From the NCBI GenBank assembly GCA_963662335.2, contig CAXXVD010000003.1, positions 1 to 64,000 on the forward strand: a DNA stretch of 64,000 nucleotides, in the 5' to 3' direction. Below the pieces are notes generated by a model. It had not been told where the DNA came from. It worked only from the letters and a program-made list of their open reading frames with translations, and did not search any database. Source of the stretch: Chloroflexota bacterium. Its GTDB lineage: Bacteria; Chloroflexota; UBA11872; VXOZ01. The position numbers and the translations under genes are program-made. This document shows, in pieces, positions 1-9,456 of the stretch; within the stretch, counting starts at the first letter, position 1, and each line of letters starts with the position of its first letter.

Positions 1-33
1 AGATGGCTGTGGACCACGCTTCCACAGCCATCT
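1..33. terminator. Perfect 13-bp inverted repeat hairpin, likely terminator of the upstream gene
   Basis: AGATGGCTGTGGA...TCCACAGCCATCT, followed by CTGCTTTAATT. Confidence 0.55.
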
Positions 34-152
34 CTGCTTTAATTCTCGCGTTCCCCACAGACTCGGCCGCCCGCCGCTATTGCGCGCCGGGCACGACTCC
101 TGGTATGCTGGCTAGTGCGTGTGTGCGCGAGCACCACAGACATATTTAGTGG

Positions 153-330
153 CCGTTGACCGCAGGCGCTCCCAATGGGGGAGCATAATCCTCGCGCTTG
201 CGAGGCAAGCCTGTCGAGGCGCAAACGCGGAACCTTGCCCGCTTGCAGCGCGCTGTCGTAGTGGCAGCGCGGCGAATGTGCGGCGCGGCGGGGTCGCGCC
301 AAGCCTTGGTCAACGCCAAGGCTCTTTTTT
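153..330 (+). promoter_or_regulatory. Ribosomal protein L10 leader with downstream attenuator-like hairpin
   Basis: GACCGCAGGCG...TAAT...GCCTGTCGAGG resembles the L10-leader core; AGCCTTGG...CCAAGGCT plus a T-tract at about 302-330; lies directly upstream of rplJ. Confidence 0.7.
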
Positions 331-356
331 ATTGTGTAGAGAGGAGGTGATGCGCA

Positions 357-890
357 GTGGCAACGCGTGAAGAGAAAGCCGTACTCATCGACGAGTTGCG
401 TGAGCGGCTGCGCGGCACGGACCTGGTCATCGTTACCGACTATCGCGGCCTCACCGTACCGCAGATGCAGGCGCTCCGCCGCGAACTCCGGGCCGCGGGC
501 GGCCAGTTTCGGGTGGCAAAGAATACGCTGCTGCGGCTGGCGGCAGAGCGGGAAGGCCAGCCGGACCTCGCCCCGCTGCTCCAAGGCCCAACCGGCATCG
601 CATTTGCCGACGGCGACATGGTGACGGTGGCGAAAGCCGTGACCACGTTTGCCCGGAACGCGGATGCCCTGGAAGTGCGCGGCGGCCTGATGAACGGACA
701 GGCAATCGACGCGGCCGGCGTGGCCGCGCTCGCCTCGCTGCCCTCCCGCGAGGAACTGCTGGCCAAGATGCTGGGCAGCATGCAGGCCCCCGCAACCCAG
801 TTGGTAGGCGTGCTCAGTGGCGTGACGCGCAGCCTGGCGTACGTGCTGCAAGCCCGCGCCGATCAGCTTCAACAGGCGGAAAGCGCATAG
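357..890 (+). CDS. rplJ: 50S ribosomal protein L10
   Basis: DYRGLTV, VAKNTL, LPSREELLA motifs; GGAGG RBS. Confidence 0.97.
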   Translation: MATREEKAVLIDELRERLRGTDLVIVTDYRGLTVPQMQALRRELRAAGGQFRVAKNTLLRLAAEREGQPDLAPLLQGPTGIAFADGDMVTVAKAVTTFARNADALEVRGGLMNGQAIDAAGVAALASLPSREELLAKMLGSMQAPATQLVGVLSGVTRSLAYVLQARADQLQQAESA

Positions 891-989
891 GCGGCCGCCA
901 GGCGCCGTGCGCCAACAAGACGACGAGCGTGCAAGCACAGCCAACACCCGTGACGACGGGCGCCATGTTATACGGAAGGAGAGCAGACC

Positions 990-1376
990 ATGGCACAGAC
1001 GATTGCGACTGAGGACATCATCGCGGCCATCGAGAACATGACACTGCTTGAAGTGTCGGAACTGGTAAAGGCCTTGGAAGAAAAATTCGGCGTCTCGGCC
1101 GCCGCGCCGGTCGCGGTTGCGGCCGCTCCCGCGGACGGCGACGGCGCTGCCGCTGCCGAAGAGAAGGACTCGTTCGACGTCGTTCTGACCGAGATCGGCG
1201 ACAAGAAGATCCAGGTCATCAAGGCGGTGCGCGAACTCACCGGCCTGGGCCTGCGGGAAGCCAAAGCCGCCGTGGAAGCCGCGCCGAACCCCATCAAGGA
1301 AGAGGTCGCCAAGGAGGAAGCCGAGGAGGCCAAGGCCAAGCTGGAAGAGGTCGGCGCTACCGTCGAACTCAAGTAA
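990..1376 (+). CDS. rplL: 50S ribosomal protein L7/L12
   Basis: [39 protein letters not shown]. Confidence 0.98.
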   Translation: MAQTIATEDIIAAIENMTLLEVSELVKALEEKFGVSAAAPVAVAAAPADGDGAAAAEEKDSFDVVLTEIGDKKIQVIKAVRELTGLGLREAKAAVEAAPNPIKEEVAKEEAEEAKAKLEEVGATVELK

Positions 1377-1413
1377 TCGCCCCGCTCCCGGTGGCGCTTC
1401 ATAGAGAAAACGG

Positions 1414-1444
1414 ATGCGGCGGGAATCACAGATTCCCGCCGCAT
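1414..1444. terminator. Hairpin after rplL (probably bidirectional terminator)
   Basis: ATGCGGCGGGAATC-ACA-GATTCCCGCCGCAT perfect inverted repeat between convergent genes. Confidence 0.6.
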
Positions 1445-1533
1445 TGAACCTTCGGTGTCAGCAAATCGCCCCGCCGCGGCCGGCGCCCTCAAGACGTAGA
1501 GACGCTCAGCTACGCCGCCCGGACGCGCCGCCG

Positions 1534-2217
1534 CTAGGATCCTTCTGCCTCCTCTTCACTGCTATCCATGATGAAGTTGACCCCTAAGTCCATGAGTTCC
1601 TTGAAGGCTTCCGCCAGGCTCAGGAGACTCTGCCCTTTGGTCGTGAATTGGAACTCATGGCGTTCGCCGAGCAGGCCGAAGAGGATCTTCTTGAGTTCGT
1701 CGTTCAGGCAGCCGTGCTCGACCAGCGTCATCACCGCTTGCATTTCCAGTTCCGGCGCGGGGGTGCGCGCAATATCGCGATCCGTCACCACGGTCTGGAA
1801 CTTGGAGAGCGCATCGATGCCCCGGCGGTCGAGAAGCTCCACCACGCTCGGTTCCAGGATCGCGCGCACCGTATCGGCGAATTCCTCGCGCGTGCGCTCG
1901 GCGTTGCGCCCGGCCTGGTAGCGGAAGATGTCGTGGTAGCCGGGCAGCATGAGCGACGGCGGGATGTAGTCCGGCGTTACGTCGAACGTGGTGCCGCGGG
2001 TGCGGCTCTCGTGCTTGACGCCAAAGCCTAGCTGCGTGAGCCGGCCCAGACTCTCTTCCTGCACGCGCGTGGGGCTGAACTCCTGCCCTTTCATGGTGCG
2101 CCGCGCCGATTCATACAGAATCTCGATGTGCTGGTCGCCCAGGTCGCGCGCGTACATCTCGCGCACCCTGGTGATAAGGTCGTCAACCCTGAGTTCCTTC
2201 TGCATCTCTACAGCCAT
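1534..2217 (-). CDS. Hypothetical protein (227 aa)
   Basis: Natural amino-acid composition, AAGGGG RBS; no family recognised. Confidence 0.75.
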   Translation of the reverse strand: MAVEMQKELRVDDLITRVREMYARDLGDQHIEILYESARRTMKGQEFSPTRVQEESLGRLTQLGFGVKHESRTRGTTFDVTPDYIPPSLMLPGYHDIFRYQAGRNAERTREEFADTVRAILEPSVVELLDRRGIDALSKFQTVVTDRDIARTPAPELEMQAVMTLVEHGCLNDELKKILFGLLGERHEFQFTTKGQSLLSLAEAFKELMDLGVNFIMDSSEEEAEGS

Positions 2218-2589
2218 GAGTTCCCCCTTGCCGTGCGTTCGTAGCGTTAGTCACGTCTTCCGTTCCTGCGCATATAGTACCAAGCGGTCGGTTCCGCCGC
2301 ATCCACACGTTACCATGCGTCTAGGCGAGCGTCAAGCAGTGCGCAGGCGGCGGCTTTGGGCAGCCCGGCGGCGGATGCGCTTGGCACAGGTCGAATCCGT
2401 TTGATAGGATGAAGCGAGCCGCAGGCGCGGCGCATGACGGGGAGAGCGCGCGCCGGAGACGGCCCACGCTGCCGACGCGAACTCTTGCCGAGTTGGCATT
2501 TCCCTGACGCTCTGCGGTACGCTTGGGACGGTGTCGGAGATACGTCAGACAAAGTACGCGCGCTCCGAGGGTCTGCGCCCGTGAAGCGG

Positions 2590-3285
2590 ATGAAGCGGCG
2601 GCAATTCTTGCAATACGTCGGCCTGGCCGTGCCGGCGCCCAAGCTGGCGCCGGGTCTTGCGTCGCTTGCCGCTGAGCAGCCGGAGCCGCTCTATCAGCTT
2701 CCCTTTGCCACGCCGCCGGGGCCCAGCACCTGGTACGTGGCGCAGTGGTACGGCAATACCAATCTGGCGCACCGCTTCCGCCACACGGTCTACCGGGAAG
2801 GGCAGGGACTCCACTTCGGCGTCGACTTCGCCTGCCCGTGCGATACCGAGATCCTGGCGATCGGCGATGGCGTGGTGGTCGGCGCGGACGATCTCTCCTA
2901 CGGCGCGGGGCCCCACAACGCGATCGTGCAGCACCCCAACGGCGACATCTCGCTGTACGGACACCTGCGGCGGTTTCCGGAGATACCATACGGCGGCTCG
3001 GTGGCGGCGGGGCAACTGATCGGCTACGCGGGCGACTGGCTGGACAACGCGGCCTGCACGGCCGCGCCGCACCTGCACCTGGAAATCCGGCGGCCGGACC
3101 GCAATTACGCGGTCAATCCGGTACTCTTGATCAAGGCCGATTGGCACAACGCGGCCCTCGGCCGCTTCCTCGGCTTCGTCAAAAACCTGGAAGAGCCGCG
3201 CCGCTGGCAGACGATCGAAGACCAGCCGGATACGGTCTTCGGGGGGCGTATTCTCAATGACTACTTCCGCCTTTGGATGCGTTGA
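2590..3285 (+). CDS. M23 family metallopeptidase with Tat signal
   Basis: MKRRQFL Tat motif, HFGVD and PHLHLE M23 motifs. Confidence 0.88.
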   Translation: MKRRQFLQYVGLAVPAPKLAPGLASLAAEQPEPLYQLPFATPPGPSTWYVAQWYGNTNLAHRFRHTVYREGQGLHFGVDFACPCDTEILAIGDGVVVGADDLSYGAGPHNAIVQHPNGDISLYGHLRRFPEIPYGGSVAAGQLIGYAGDWLDNAACTAAPHLHLEIRRPDRNYAVNPVLLIKADWHNAALGRFLGFVKNLEEPRRWQTIEDQPDTVFGGRILNDYFRLWMR

Positions 3286-3291
3286 GGCGCT

Positions 3292-4425
3292 GTGGCACGG
3301 CTAGCGCGGCGCCGGCTTGGCGCGGGCATCCTCGGCGCGCTCCTGTTCTTCCTGGGCGGCGCCTGCGCGTACACGTACGTGCCGGACGCCGAGGGCACAC
3401 CGGTGCTCGTCTTGCGGGCCGCGCTCACGCCGACGCCGGCCGCGCCGACCGCCGCCCCGCCGCTGAAACCAACACCGCGGCCCACGCTGCGCCGCCTCAC
3501 CGCGCCCGGCTGCTGCGGCAACATCTGGTGGTCCGCCGGCGGCGCGCAGGTGCTCTACGTGGACAAGCCGGACGAGCAGCCGGCAGCCATCTGGGGTATT
3601 GATACCGCCACGAGCGAGGCGGCGCCGTACAGCGCCGTGGTGGGTGTGCTGCAACACCACGACCGGTACATCATCGCGCTCGTGCCCCAAACGCCGCACA
3701 GCGTCACCGTGCACGAGCGGCAGACCGGCGAGAGTTGGCCGCTCCATGGCGTGGGCAGCCTGCCGTTCATCGCGCCCGACGGCGTGCGCGTCGCCTATGA
3801 TGGGCGCACGTCGCAGCAGACACTCTTCTCCAGCCAGCGCGAGAATCCCATTGTGGTGGCGGCGCTGGACGGCAGTAATCCGCGGCGCTTGGCCACGCTC
3901 TACGGCGTCGGCATTGTGGCCTGGTTCCCCGATGGGACGCGCCTGCTGGCGCTGGGCAAGCAGAATCCCGGCGCCGCCCGCGCCGCCCTCTGGCAGGTTG
4001 ACGCCGACACCGGCGCGCTGGCGCAACTCGACGACGGCGCGCACCTGCGCAATATCTCGCTCTCGCCCGACGGCGCGTGGCTGGTCTATCTCAAGGCGTT
4101 CGAGCAAGACCCGAGCCGGAACACCACCTGGGCGATGCGCGTGCAAACGGGCGAGCGGCGGCGGCTCCTCTTCGTGGGAAGATACGCGTGGGTCGGCAGT
4201 GAGAGTGCAACCCTGGTCTACGTCCCGCCGCGCCAAGCGCCGGACGCGGGCTTCAGCCTCTGGAAGCTGGACGTGGCTTCCGGCGAGCGCGCCCGGCTCG
4301 TCGACCCGGCCCAGACGCCGCTCTTCATCGCCAACGGCGATTGGGCGCTCTCCCCGGACGGCACGCGCCTGGCGTTCGTCTCAGCCGAGGACTACGCCAT
4401 CTGGCTGCTGGTGATGAGACCGTGA
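3292..4425 (+). CDS. TolB-like beta-propeller (PD40 repeats) exported protein
   Basis: N-terminal TM/signal, Pro/Thr linker, repeated SPDG/PDG motifs. Confidence 0.8.
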   Translation: MARLARRRLGAGILGALLFFLGGACAYTYVPDAEGTPVLVLRAALTPTPAAPTAAPPLKPTPRPTLRRLTAPGCCGNIWWSAGGAQVLYVDKPDEQPAAIWGIDTATSEAAPYSAVVGVLQHHDRYIIALVPQTPHSVTVHERQTGESWPLHGVGSLPFIAPDGVRVAYDGRTSQQTLFSSQRENPIVVAALDGSNPRRLATLYGVGIVAWFPDGTRLLALGKQNPGAARAALWQVDADTGALAQLDDGAHLRNISLSPDGAWLVYLKAFEQDPSRNTTWAMRVQTGERRRLLFVGRYAWVGSESATLVYVPPRQAPDAGFSLWKLDVASGERARLVDPAQTPLFIANGDWALSPDGTRLAFVSAEDYAIWLLVMRP

Positions 4426-4454
4426 CGGCGGAGGGCGCCTGGGCGGCCGCGCGG

Positions 4455-4585
4455 CGTAGCGGACGCAGGTTGCAAACCTGCGCTACCAGTCGGCGTAGCG
4501 CGGGGGCTTGTCCCCCACCTCTTGGCCGCTTCCGCCCCGGCGGCCCGCGCGGCCCAACGGTCGCAGGTTGCAAACCTGCGCTACC
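4455..4585. repeat. Cluster of GTAG-type REP palindromes (families A and B)
   Basis: CGCAGGTTGCAAACCTGCGCTAC twice and GTAGCGCGGGGGCTTGTCCCCC once. Confidence 0.85.
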
Positions 4586-4637
4586 GGCCGTCGTTGCAAC
4601 GAACGGTGCAGTGTATCAACAAACGGCAACGTGCAAC

Positions 4638-5102
4638 ATGCGACTGTTCACTCTGGAAACGAAACTCTGGCTGCCACAGCCACCGGAAAGCATCTTCTCC
4701 TTCTTCGCGGACGCAGCGAATCTGGAGCGCCTGACGCCGCCATGGCTCCATTTCCGGATTCTCACGCCCTTGCCAATCACAATGGCGGTCGGCGCTCGCT
4801 TCGACTACCGGCTGCGCTATCGCGGCTTCCCGTTGCGCTGGCGCACCGAAATTCTGGCGTGGGAGCCGCCGCACCGCTTTGTGGACAGCCAAATCAAAGG
4901 GCCGTATCGCAAATGGGTGCACGAGCACACGTTCGTGGCGCAAGACGGCGGCACGCTGGCAACGGATATCGTGGAATACGCGCTGCTGGGCGGCGCGTTT
5001 GCCAACGCGCTCTTGATTGGCCGCGACGTGGAGCGGATCTTCGCCTACCGGCGGCAACGGCTGCAGGAGATCTTCGGCGACACGTCCGCGGCTGCGGTGT
5101 GA
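4638..5102 (+). CDS. SRPBCC family protein
   Basis: FFADAANLERLTPPWL, FVDSQIKGPYRKWVHEH. Confidence 0.85.
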   Translation: MRLFTLETKLWLPQPPESIFSFFADAANLERLTPPWLHFRILTPLPITMAVGARFDYRLRYRGFPLRWRTEILAWEPPHRFVDSQIKGPYRKWVHEHTFVAQDGGTLATDIVEYALLGGAFANALLIGRDVERIFAYRRQRLQEIFGDTSAAAV

Positions 5103-5170
5103 CGCGCCGCGCGGCAACGGGCACGTGCGGCAACACTTCCCCCTCACCCCGGCCCTCTCCCCCAGGAAGA

Positions 5171-5319
5171 GCTGACAGGGGTAGGTAAATGTCATTCCGA
5201 GCGCAGCGAGGAATCTAAAGATGCTGACTTTGCAAGGCTGTGCGCTAGATTCCTCACTCCGCTGCGCTCCGTTCGGAATGACACGTGAATTCGGTCATAG
5301 TATACCTACCCCTGTCAGC
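5171..5319. mobile_element. 149-bp MITE-like element, copy 1
   Basis: 17-bp TIR GCTGACAGGGGTAGGTA/TACCTACCCCTGTCAGC; 9-bp flanks CCAGGAAGA/CCAGGGAGA; second copy at 37680-37828. Confidence 0.75.
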
Positions 5320-5337
5320 CCAGGGAGAAGGAGATGC

Positions 5338-6777
5338 CTATGAGATATTATGAATATCCTGCCACTCGGTGTGGAACGCGCCGTCCTTATCCACGCGCTG
5401 GTAGGTGTGCGCGCCGAAGTAATCGCGCTGGGCCTGCACCAGGTTGGCGGGCAGGCGCGCGGTGCGGTAGCCCTCGACGTAGTTGAGCGCGGCGCTCATG
5501 GCCGGGGTGGGCAGGCCTTGCAGGGCCGCCTCGCCCACGATGCGGCGCAAACCGGGCGCGCGCTGCCGCACGTCGCCGGCGAACGGTTCCGCCAGCATCA
5601 GGTTGGGCAGCGCCGGGTCCGCCGCGAACGCCTGCTTGATTGGCTCCAGCAGCAGCGAGCGGATGATGCAGCCGCCTTTCCAAATGCGGGCCACGGTGGC
5701 GAAATCCAGGTCGTAGTTCCGTTCGGCGGAGGCCGCCGTGAGCAGGTGCATACCCTGGGCGTAGGCGGAAACCGCGGCCAGGTAGACGGCGTCTTGCAGC
5801 GCGGGCAGCAACGCTTCCCGCGAACCGTCGAATCGCGGCGTCGCGCCGTGCAGGATGCCGTCCGCCCGCTCGCGAATCTCCTTGAAGCTGGAGAGAATCC
5901 GCGCTTCCGTGGCGGCGGTGATGGTGGGAATCGGGATGCCGTGGTCGAGGGCGCTCTGGGACGTCCACTTGCCCGTGCCCTTCTGCGCCGCGCTATCCTG
6001 GATGATTTCCACCACGAACTTGCCGGTGTCCGGGTCTTCGCGGGTCAGGATGTCGGCGGTGATTTCCACCAGGAACGATTGCAGTTCACCGGCGTTCCAA
6101 GCGGCAACCACCGCTTGCATCTCCGGCACGGTCATGCCCAGGCCGCGCTGCATCACGTCGAAGGCCTCGGCCAAGACCTGCATGATGCCGTACTCGATGC
6201 CGTTGTGCACCATCTTCACGTAGTGCCCCGCCGAGCCGGGGCCCAGGTAGGCGCAGCAGGGGCCGTCATCCACCTGCGCCGCAATCTTGGTGAAGATCGG
6301 CTCCACCGCGGCGTAGGCCGCCTCCGTGCCGCCGGGCATAATCGAAGGCCCGTGCAGCGCGCCGTACTCGCCGCCGCTCACGCCGGTGCCGATGTAGCCG
6401 CGCCCTTGCGCTTCCACGTGTTTGGCGCGCCGCTCGGTATCGTCGTAGAACGAGTTGCCGCCGTCGATGATGAAGTCGCCGGGAGCGAGCAGCGGCAGCA
6501 GGGCGTCGATTACCGCGTCCGTGCCCGCGCCCGCCTGCACCATGAGCATCGCCTTGCGCGGCGGCTTCAGCGCGTCCACGAACTCTTCCAGCGTCAGCGC
6601 GCCCACCACGTTCTTGCCCTGCCCGCGCTCTCTGACGAACGCCTCCGTGCGCGAGGTCGTCCGGTTGAAGACGGCTACGGTAAAGCCCTTGCTCTCGATG
6701 TTCAATGCCAGATTTTGCCCCATCACCGCCATGCCGATAACGCCGATGTCGCAGGTCCCGGTGTGTTGCCCAGCCAT
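5338..6777 (-). CDS. gndA: NADP-dependent 6-phosphogluconate dehydrogenase
   Basis: GMAVMGQNLALN, VKMVHNGIEYG, QKGTGKWT, QAQRDYFGAHTY. Confidence 0.97.
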   Translation of the reverse strand: MAGQHTGTCDIGVIGMAVMGQNLALNIESKGFTVAVFNRTTSRTEAFVRERGQGKNVVGALTLEEFVDALKPPRKAMLMVQAGAGTDAVIDALLPLLAPGDFIIDGGNSFYDDTERRAKHVEAQGRGYIGTGVSGGEYGALHGPSIMPGGTEAAYAAVEPIFTKIAAQVDDGPCCAYLGPGSAGHYVKMVHNGIEYGIMQVLAEAFDVMQRGLGMTVPEMQAVVAAWNAGELQSFLVEITADILTREDPDTGKFVVEIIQDSAAQKGTGKWTSQSALDHGIPIPTITAATEARILSSFKEIRERADGILHGATPRFDGSREALLPALQDAVYLAAVSAYAQGMHLLTAASAERNYDLDFATVARIWKGGCIIRSLLLEPIKQAFAADPALPNLMLAEPFAGDVRQRAPGLRRIVGEAALQGLPTPAMSAALNYVEGYRTARLPANLVQAQRDYFGAHTYQRVDKDGAFHTEWQDIHNIS

Positions 6778-6964
6778 GGTTTATGTCCTTTTCCCCTTTG
6801 CGTGAATGTCTGCAAAATGGCGCGCCGCGTTCAGTGTCGCCCGGAGCGCGCAGCGGCAGTTTTGTGACCGCCGGCCCGGGCTGGCGCGTGTGTTCTCTGC
6901 CTACTGTAGCACGACCGGCGCGCGCTCAACACTGGCGCGCATTGCCGCAAACCGGGCGCACACC

Positions 6965-7810
6965 CTAGAGGTCTTTGCGCGCGAACACGCCCACGCCCAG
7001 CATCACGGCGGCGGTGATGTACATGAACGCCCAGGCGAGCATGACCGCCGACGGTTGGCTGAAGCCTTCGAACGGGCCGCCGGCCAGTCCCGCGAACTCC
7101 TGCACGCCCAGCCGTTGCGCGGCCATGCGCCAGAGCGCGTCCGAGGGCAGCAGCAGGCTGGAGATGATGCCGATGTTCTGCATCACCTGGTTCTGCAGCA
7201 GCACGCCCAGTTGCTCCACCATGCCGCCCACCAGCGCCAGGCCGTAGAGCATGATGACGGTCACGCCCGCGGTGAGCGTGGAGAGCATGGTGCTGGCGCA
7301 CACGGTGACGCAGGTGAGCAAGACCCCCAGCAGGCCCAGCAGGAGCGCCGACTGCCAACTGGACCACGACCAGAATCCGGCAAAGAGCCACGTGAGCGCC
7401 AGCAGGGCGAAAGTGGTGCCAATGGCGAACGCGGCGGACATGGCCCCCAGGCCGCAGCACTTGCCCACCAGCACCTGCCAGCGCGCCAGCGGCTTGGGGA
7501 TGATGGCGTGCAGCGTGTTCTGCTCCACCTCGGTGGCGATTGCGCCGGCTGAGGTGAAGATCGCCACCAGCGCGGTCAACATGCCGGCCACGTTCAGCGC
7601 CGAGGCGAGCAACTGGCCGGAAACGGCGTCGCGGAATAGGTCCGGATTGACGAAGTTCTCCGGCACCGGCAGGTCGCGCATCACGAAGTACATCCCCAGC
7701 CCGTAGAGGGTGAGAAAAGCGGCCGCCAGCAGCAGGCCGCCCAGCACGGCCTTCTTGCGTACGCCTTCTTGCAGCGTGAGCTTGGCGATAACGAGAATGG
7801 GAGTCATCAC
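6965..7810 (-). CDS. ABC-2 type transporter permease
   Basis: Multiple TM helices, EVEQNTLHAIIPKPLARWQVLVGK, C-terminal FARKDL. Confidence 0.88.
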   Translation of the reverse strand: MMTPILVIAKLTLQEGVRKKAVLGGLLLAAAFLTLYGLGMYFVMRDLPVPENFVNPDLFRDAVSGQLLASALNVAGMLTALVAIFTSAGAIATEVEQNTLHAIIPKPLARWQVLVGKCCGLGAMSAAFAIGTTFALLALTWLFAGFWSWSSWQSALLLGLLGVLLTCVTVCASTMLSTLTAGVTVIMLYGLALVGGMVEQLGVLLQNQVMQNIGIISSLLLPSDALWRMAAQRLGVQEFAGLAGGPFEGFSQPSAVMLAWAFMYITAAVMLGVGVFARKDL

Positions 7811-8144
7811 GTACGCGCGCTCCTTGGCACGACCAAACGGTTTGTCACGAGTAATGATCCATCGAGTTTGTCACAGGCGCTGTTCCATTGAGGCTGTGTC
7901 GGCCACACCTGTCGTTCCTGTAAATGTTGACTGATTTCTTGACAGAATCTCCTGTCCACGAGGCATCATTGACAGCTTATGTCATTCCGAGCGCAGCGAG
8001 GAATCTGAAGCGCGCACGCTGAAGCCCACGCCAAGCGGGGGACAAGCCCCCGCACTACGGCCCGTCATTCTCGCGAACGCGGGAATCCATCTGCTCCGCC
8101 CGCGCTCACGCCAGGCGGGGGACAAGCCCCCGCACTACGGCCCG

Positions 8145-9155
8145 TCATTCCCGCGAACGCGGGAAGGTGGATTCACACTGCAAGTGCAACACCTGTTTCA
8201 AGAACACTTCGGTTGGCGTTTGAAAGTCAAGACACTTGCGCGGGGTGTGGTTATAGGCCTGCACCAGTTGCGCAAAGCGGTCTGCGGAGACCGTCGCCAG
8301 GTCGGTCTTGCGGGGCAGCACCCGCCGCAGGCGCCCGATGGCGTTTTCGACGCCTCCTTTCTGCCAGGGGGCGCGCGTGTCGCAGAAGAAGGTTTGTACG
8401 CCCAAGTCGTGGAGGCGGTAATGGCGAGCGAACTCGGTGCCGTTGTCGAAAGTGGCGGTCTGCCGCCAGTCCGGCGGAACCAGCGCCAGCAGGTCGCGCA
8501 TGGCGCTGGCGATCGGCTCTGCGGCCTTGCCGTTGGTGCGGGTGGCCAGCAGCAGGCGCGAATGGCGCTCGTGCAGGGTCAAGACCGCTTGACCGCCTCT
8601 GCCAAAGAGCATCAGGTCTACCTCCCAGTGACCGGGTGTTTGCCGGTCCGCCGCCGCCGCGGGGCGCTCTGCCAAGGGCCGCCGGTGCGCGATGAACGAG
8701 GCCGGACTGCGTCTGCTGCGCTTGCGCCGCCGCCGCGCCGTCCGCCCCTGGGGCAGCAGGTCTGCCCACGAGTAGTCCTTGGTGCGCGCAATCTGCCCGT
8801 AGATGAAGCGATAGATGCTCTCGTGAGAGATCACCGGCGCGCACCTGTCATGCGCCAAGCGCCCCGACACTTCCTCCGGCGACCACCCCAATGCCAAGCG
8901 CTCCAGCACATCCTCCCGCAATTCCGCGTCTCGCTCCAGCCGCATGCCGCGACAGCGACGTGCTTCGGCCTGCTCCTGCGCATACTCCGCTTGATACCCT
9001 GCTTGCCGCGAACTGTTGCGTTTTACCTCCCGCGAAATCGTCGACGGCGAGCGACCAAGAGCTGTAGCGATTTTGGCTTGCGTGAGTCTCGCGGCCTGAA
9101 GTCCGGCCAACTGACACCGCTCTGCATACGTGAATTGTGTGTATGATCTTCCCAT
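8145..9155 (-). CDS. IS30 family transposase
   Basis: HTH LGRSPSTISREVKRN, ISHESIY, DDE motifs GHWEVD / FDNGTEF / PWQKGGVEN, PRKCLDFQTP. Confidence 0.95.
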   Translation of the reverse strand: MGRSYTQFTYAERCQLAGLQAARLTQAKIATALGRSPSTISREVKRNSSRQAGYQAEYAQEQAEARRCRGMRLERDAELREDVLERLALGWSPEEVSGRLAHDRCAPVISHESIYRFIYGQIARTKDYSWADLLPQGRTARRRRKRSRRSPASFIAHRRPLAERPAAAADRQTPGHWEVDLMLFGRGGQAVLTLHERHSRLLLATRTNGKAAEPIASAMRDLLALVPPDWRQTATFDNGTEFARHYRLHDLGVQTFFCDTRAPWQKGGVENAIGRLRRVLPRKTDLATVSADRFAQLVQAYNHTPRKCLDFQTPTEVFLKQVLHLQCESTFPRSRE

Positions 9156-9199
9156 GGCAACACCTTAGCATGATGTTGCACTTCACCTGTGAGTCTACC
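8166..9199 (-). mobile_element. IS30-family insertion sequence (1034 bp)
   Basis: 26-bp imperfect TIRs (20/26) GGTGGATTCACACTGCAAGTGCAACA / GGTAGACTCACAGGTGAAGTGCAACA; 3-bp GAA duplication at 8163-8165 and 9200-9202. Confidence 0.9.
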
Positions 9200-9456
9200 G
9201 AATCCATCTGCTCCGCCCGTGCTCACGCCAGGCGGGGGACAAGCCCCCGCACTACGGCCCGTCATTCTCGCGAACGCGGGAATCCATCTGCTCCGCCCGC
9301 GCTCACGCCAGGCGGGGGACAAGCCCCCGCACTACGGCCCGTCATTCTCGCGAACGCGGGAATCCATCTGCTCCGCCCGCGCTCACGCCAGGCGGGGGAC
9401 AAGCCCCCGCGCTACGTCAAACAAATGCATATTGAAATTGCGCCCCGCAATGGGCC

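Larger units (their letters stand above)
8035..9416. repeat. Tandem array of an 80-bp composite REP unit, interrupted by IS30
   Basis: Unit GTCATTC(T/C)CGCGAACGCGGGAATCCATCTGCTCCGCCCGCGCTCACGCCAGGCGGGGGACAAGCCCCCGCACTACGGCCC starts at 8064, 8144 (split by the IS), 9261 and 9341. Confidence 0.92.

Noticed and set aside
5350-6867. Long antisense ORFs (for example 5350-6867, 28567-30126, 40564-42342, 50314-51834)
   Set aside because: Mirror frames of clear genes, expected from high-GC codon bias; no motifs or RBS
8035-9416. CRISPR array
   Set aside because: Units are near-identical 80-bp tandem copies with no unique spacers, and there are no cas genes; it is a REP composite array
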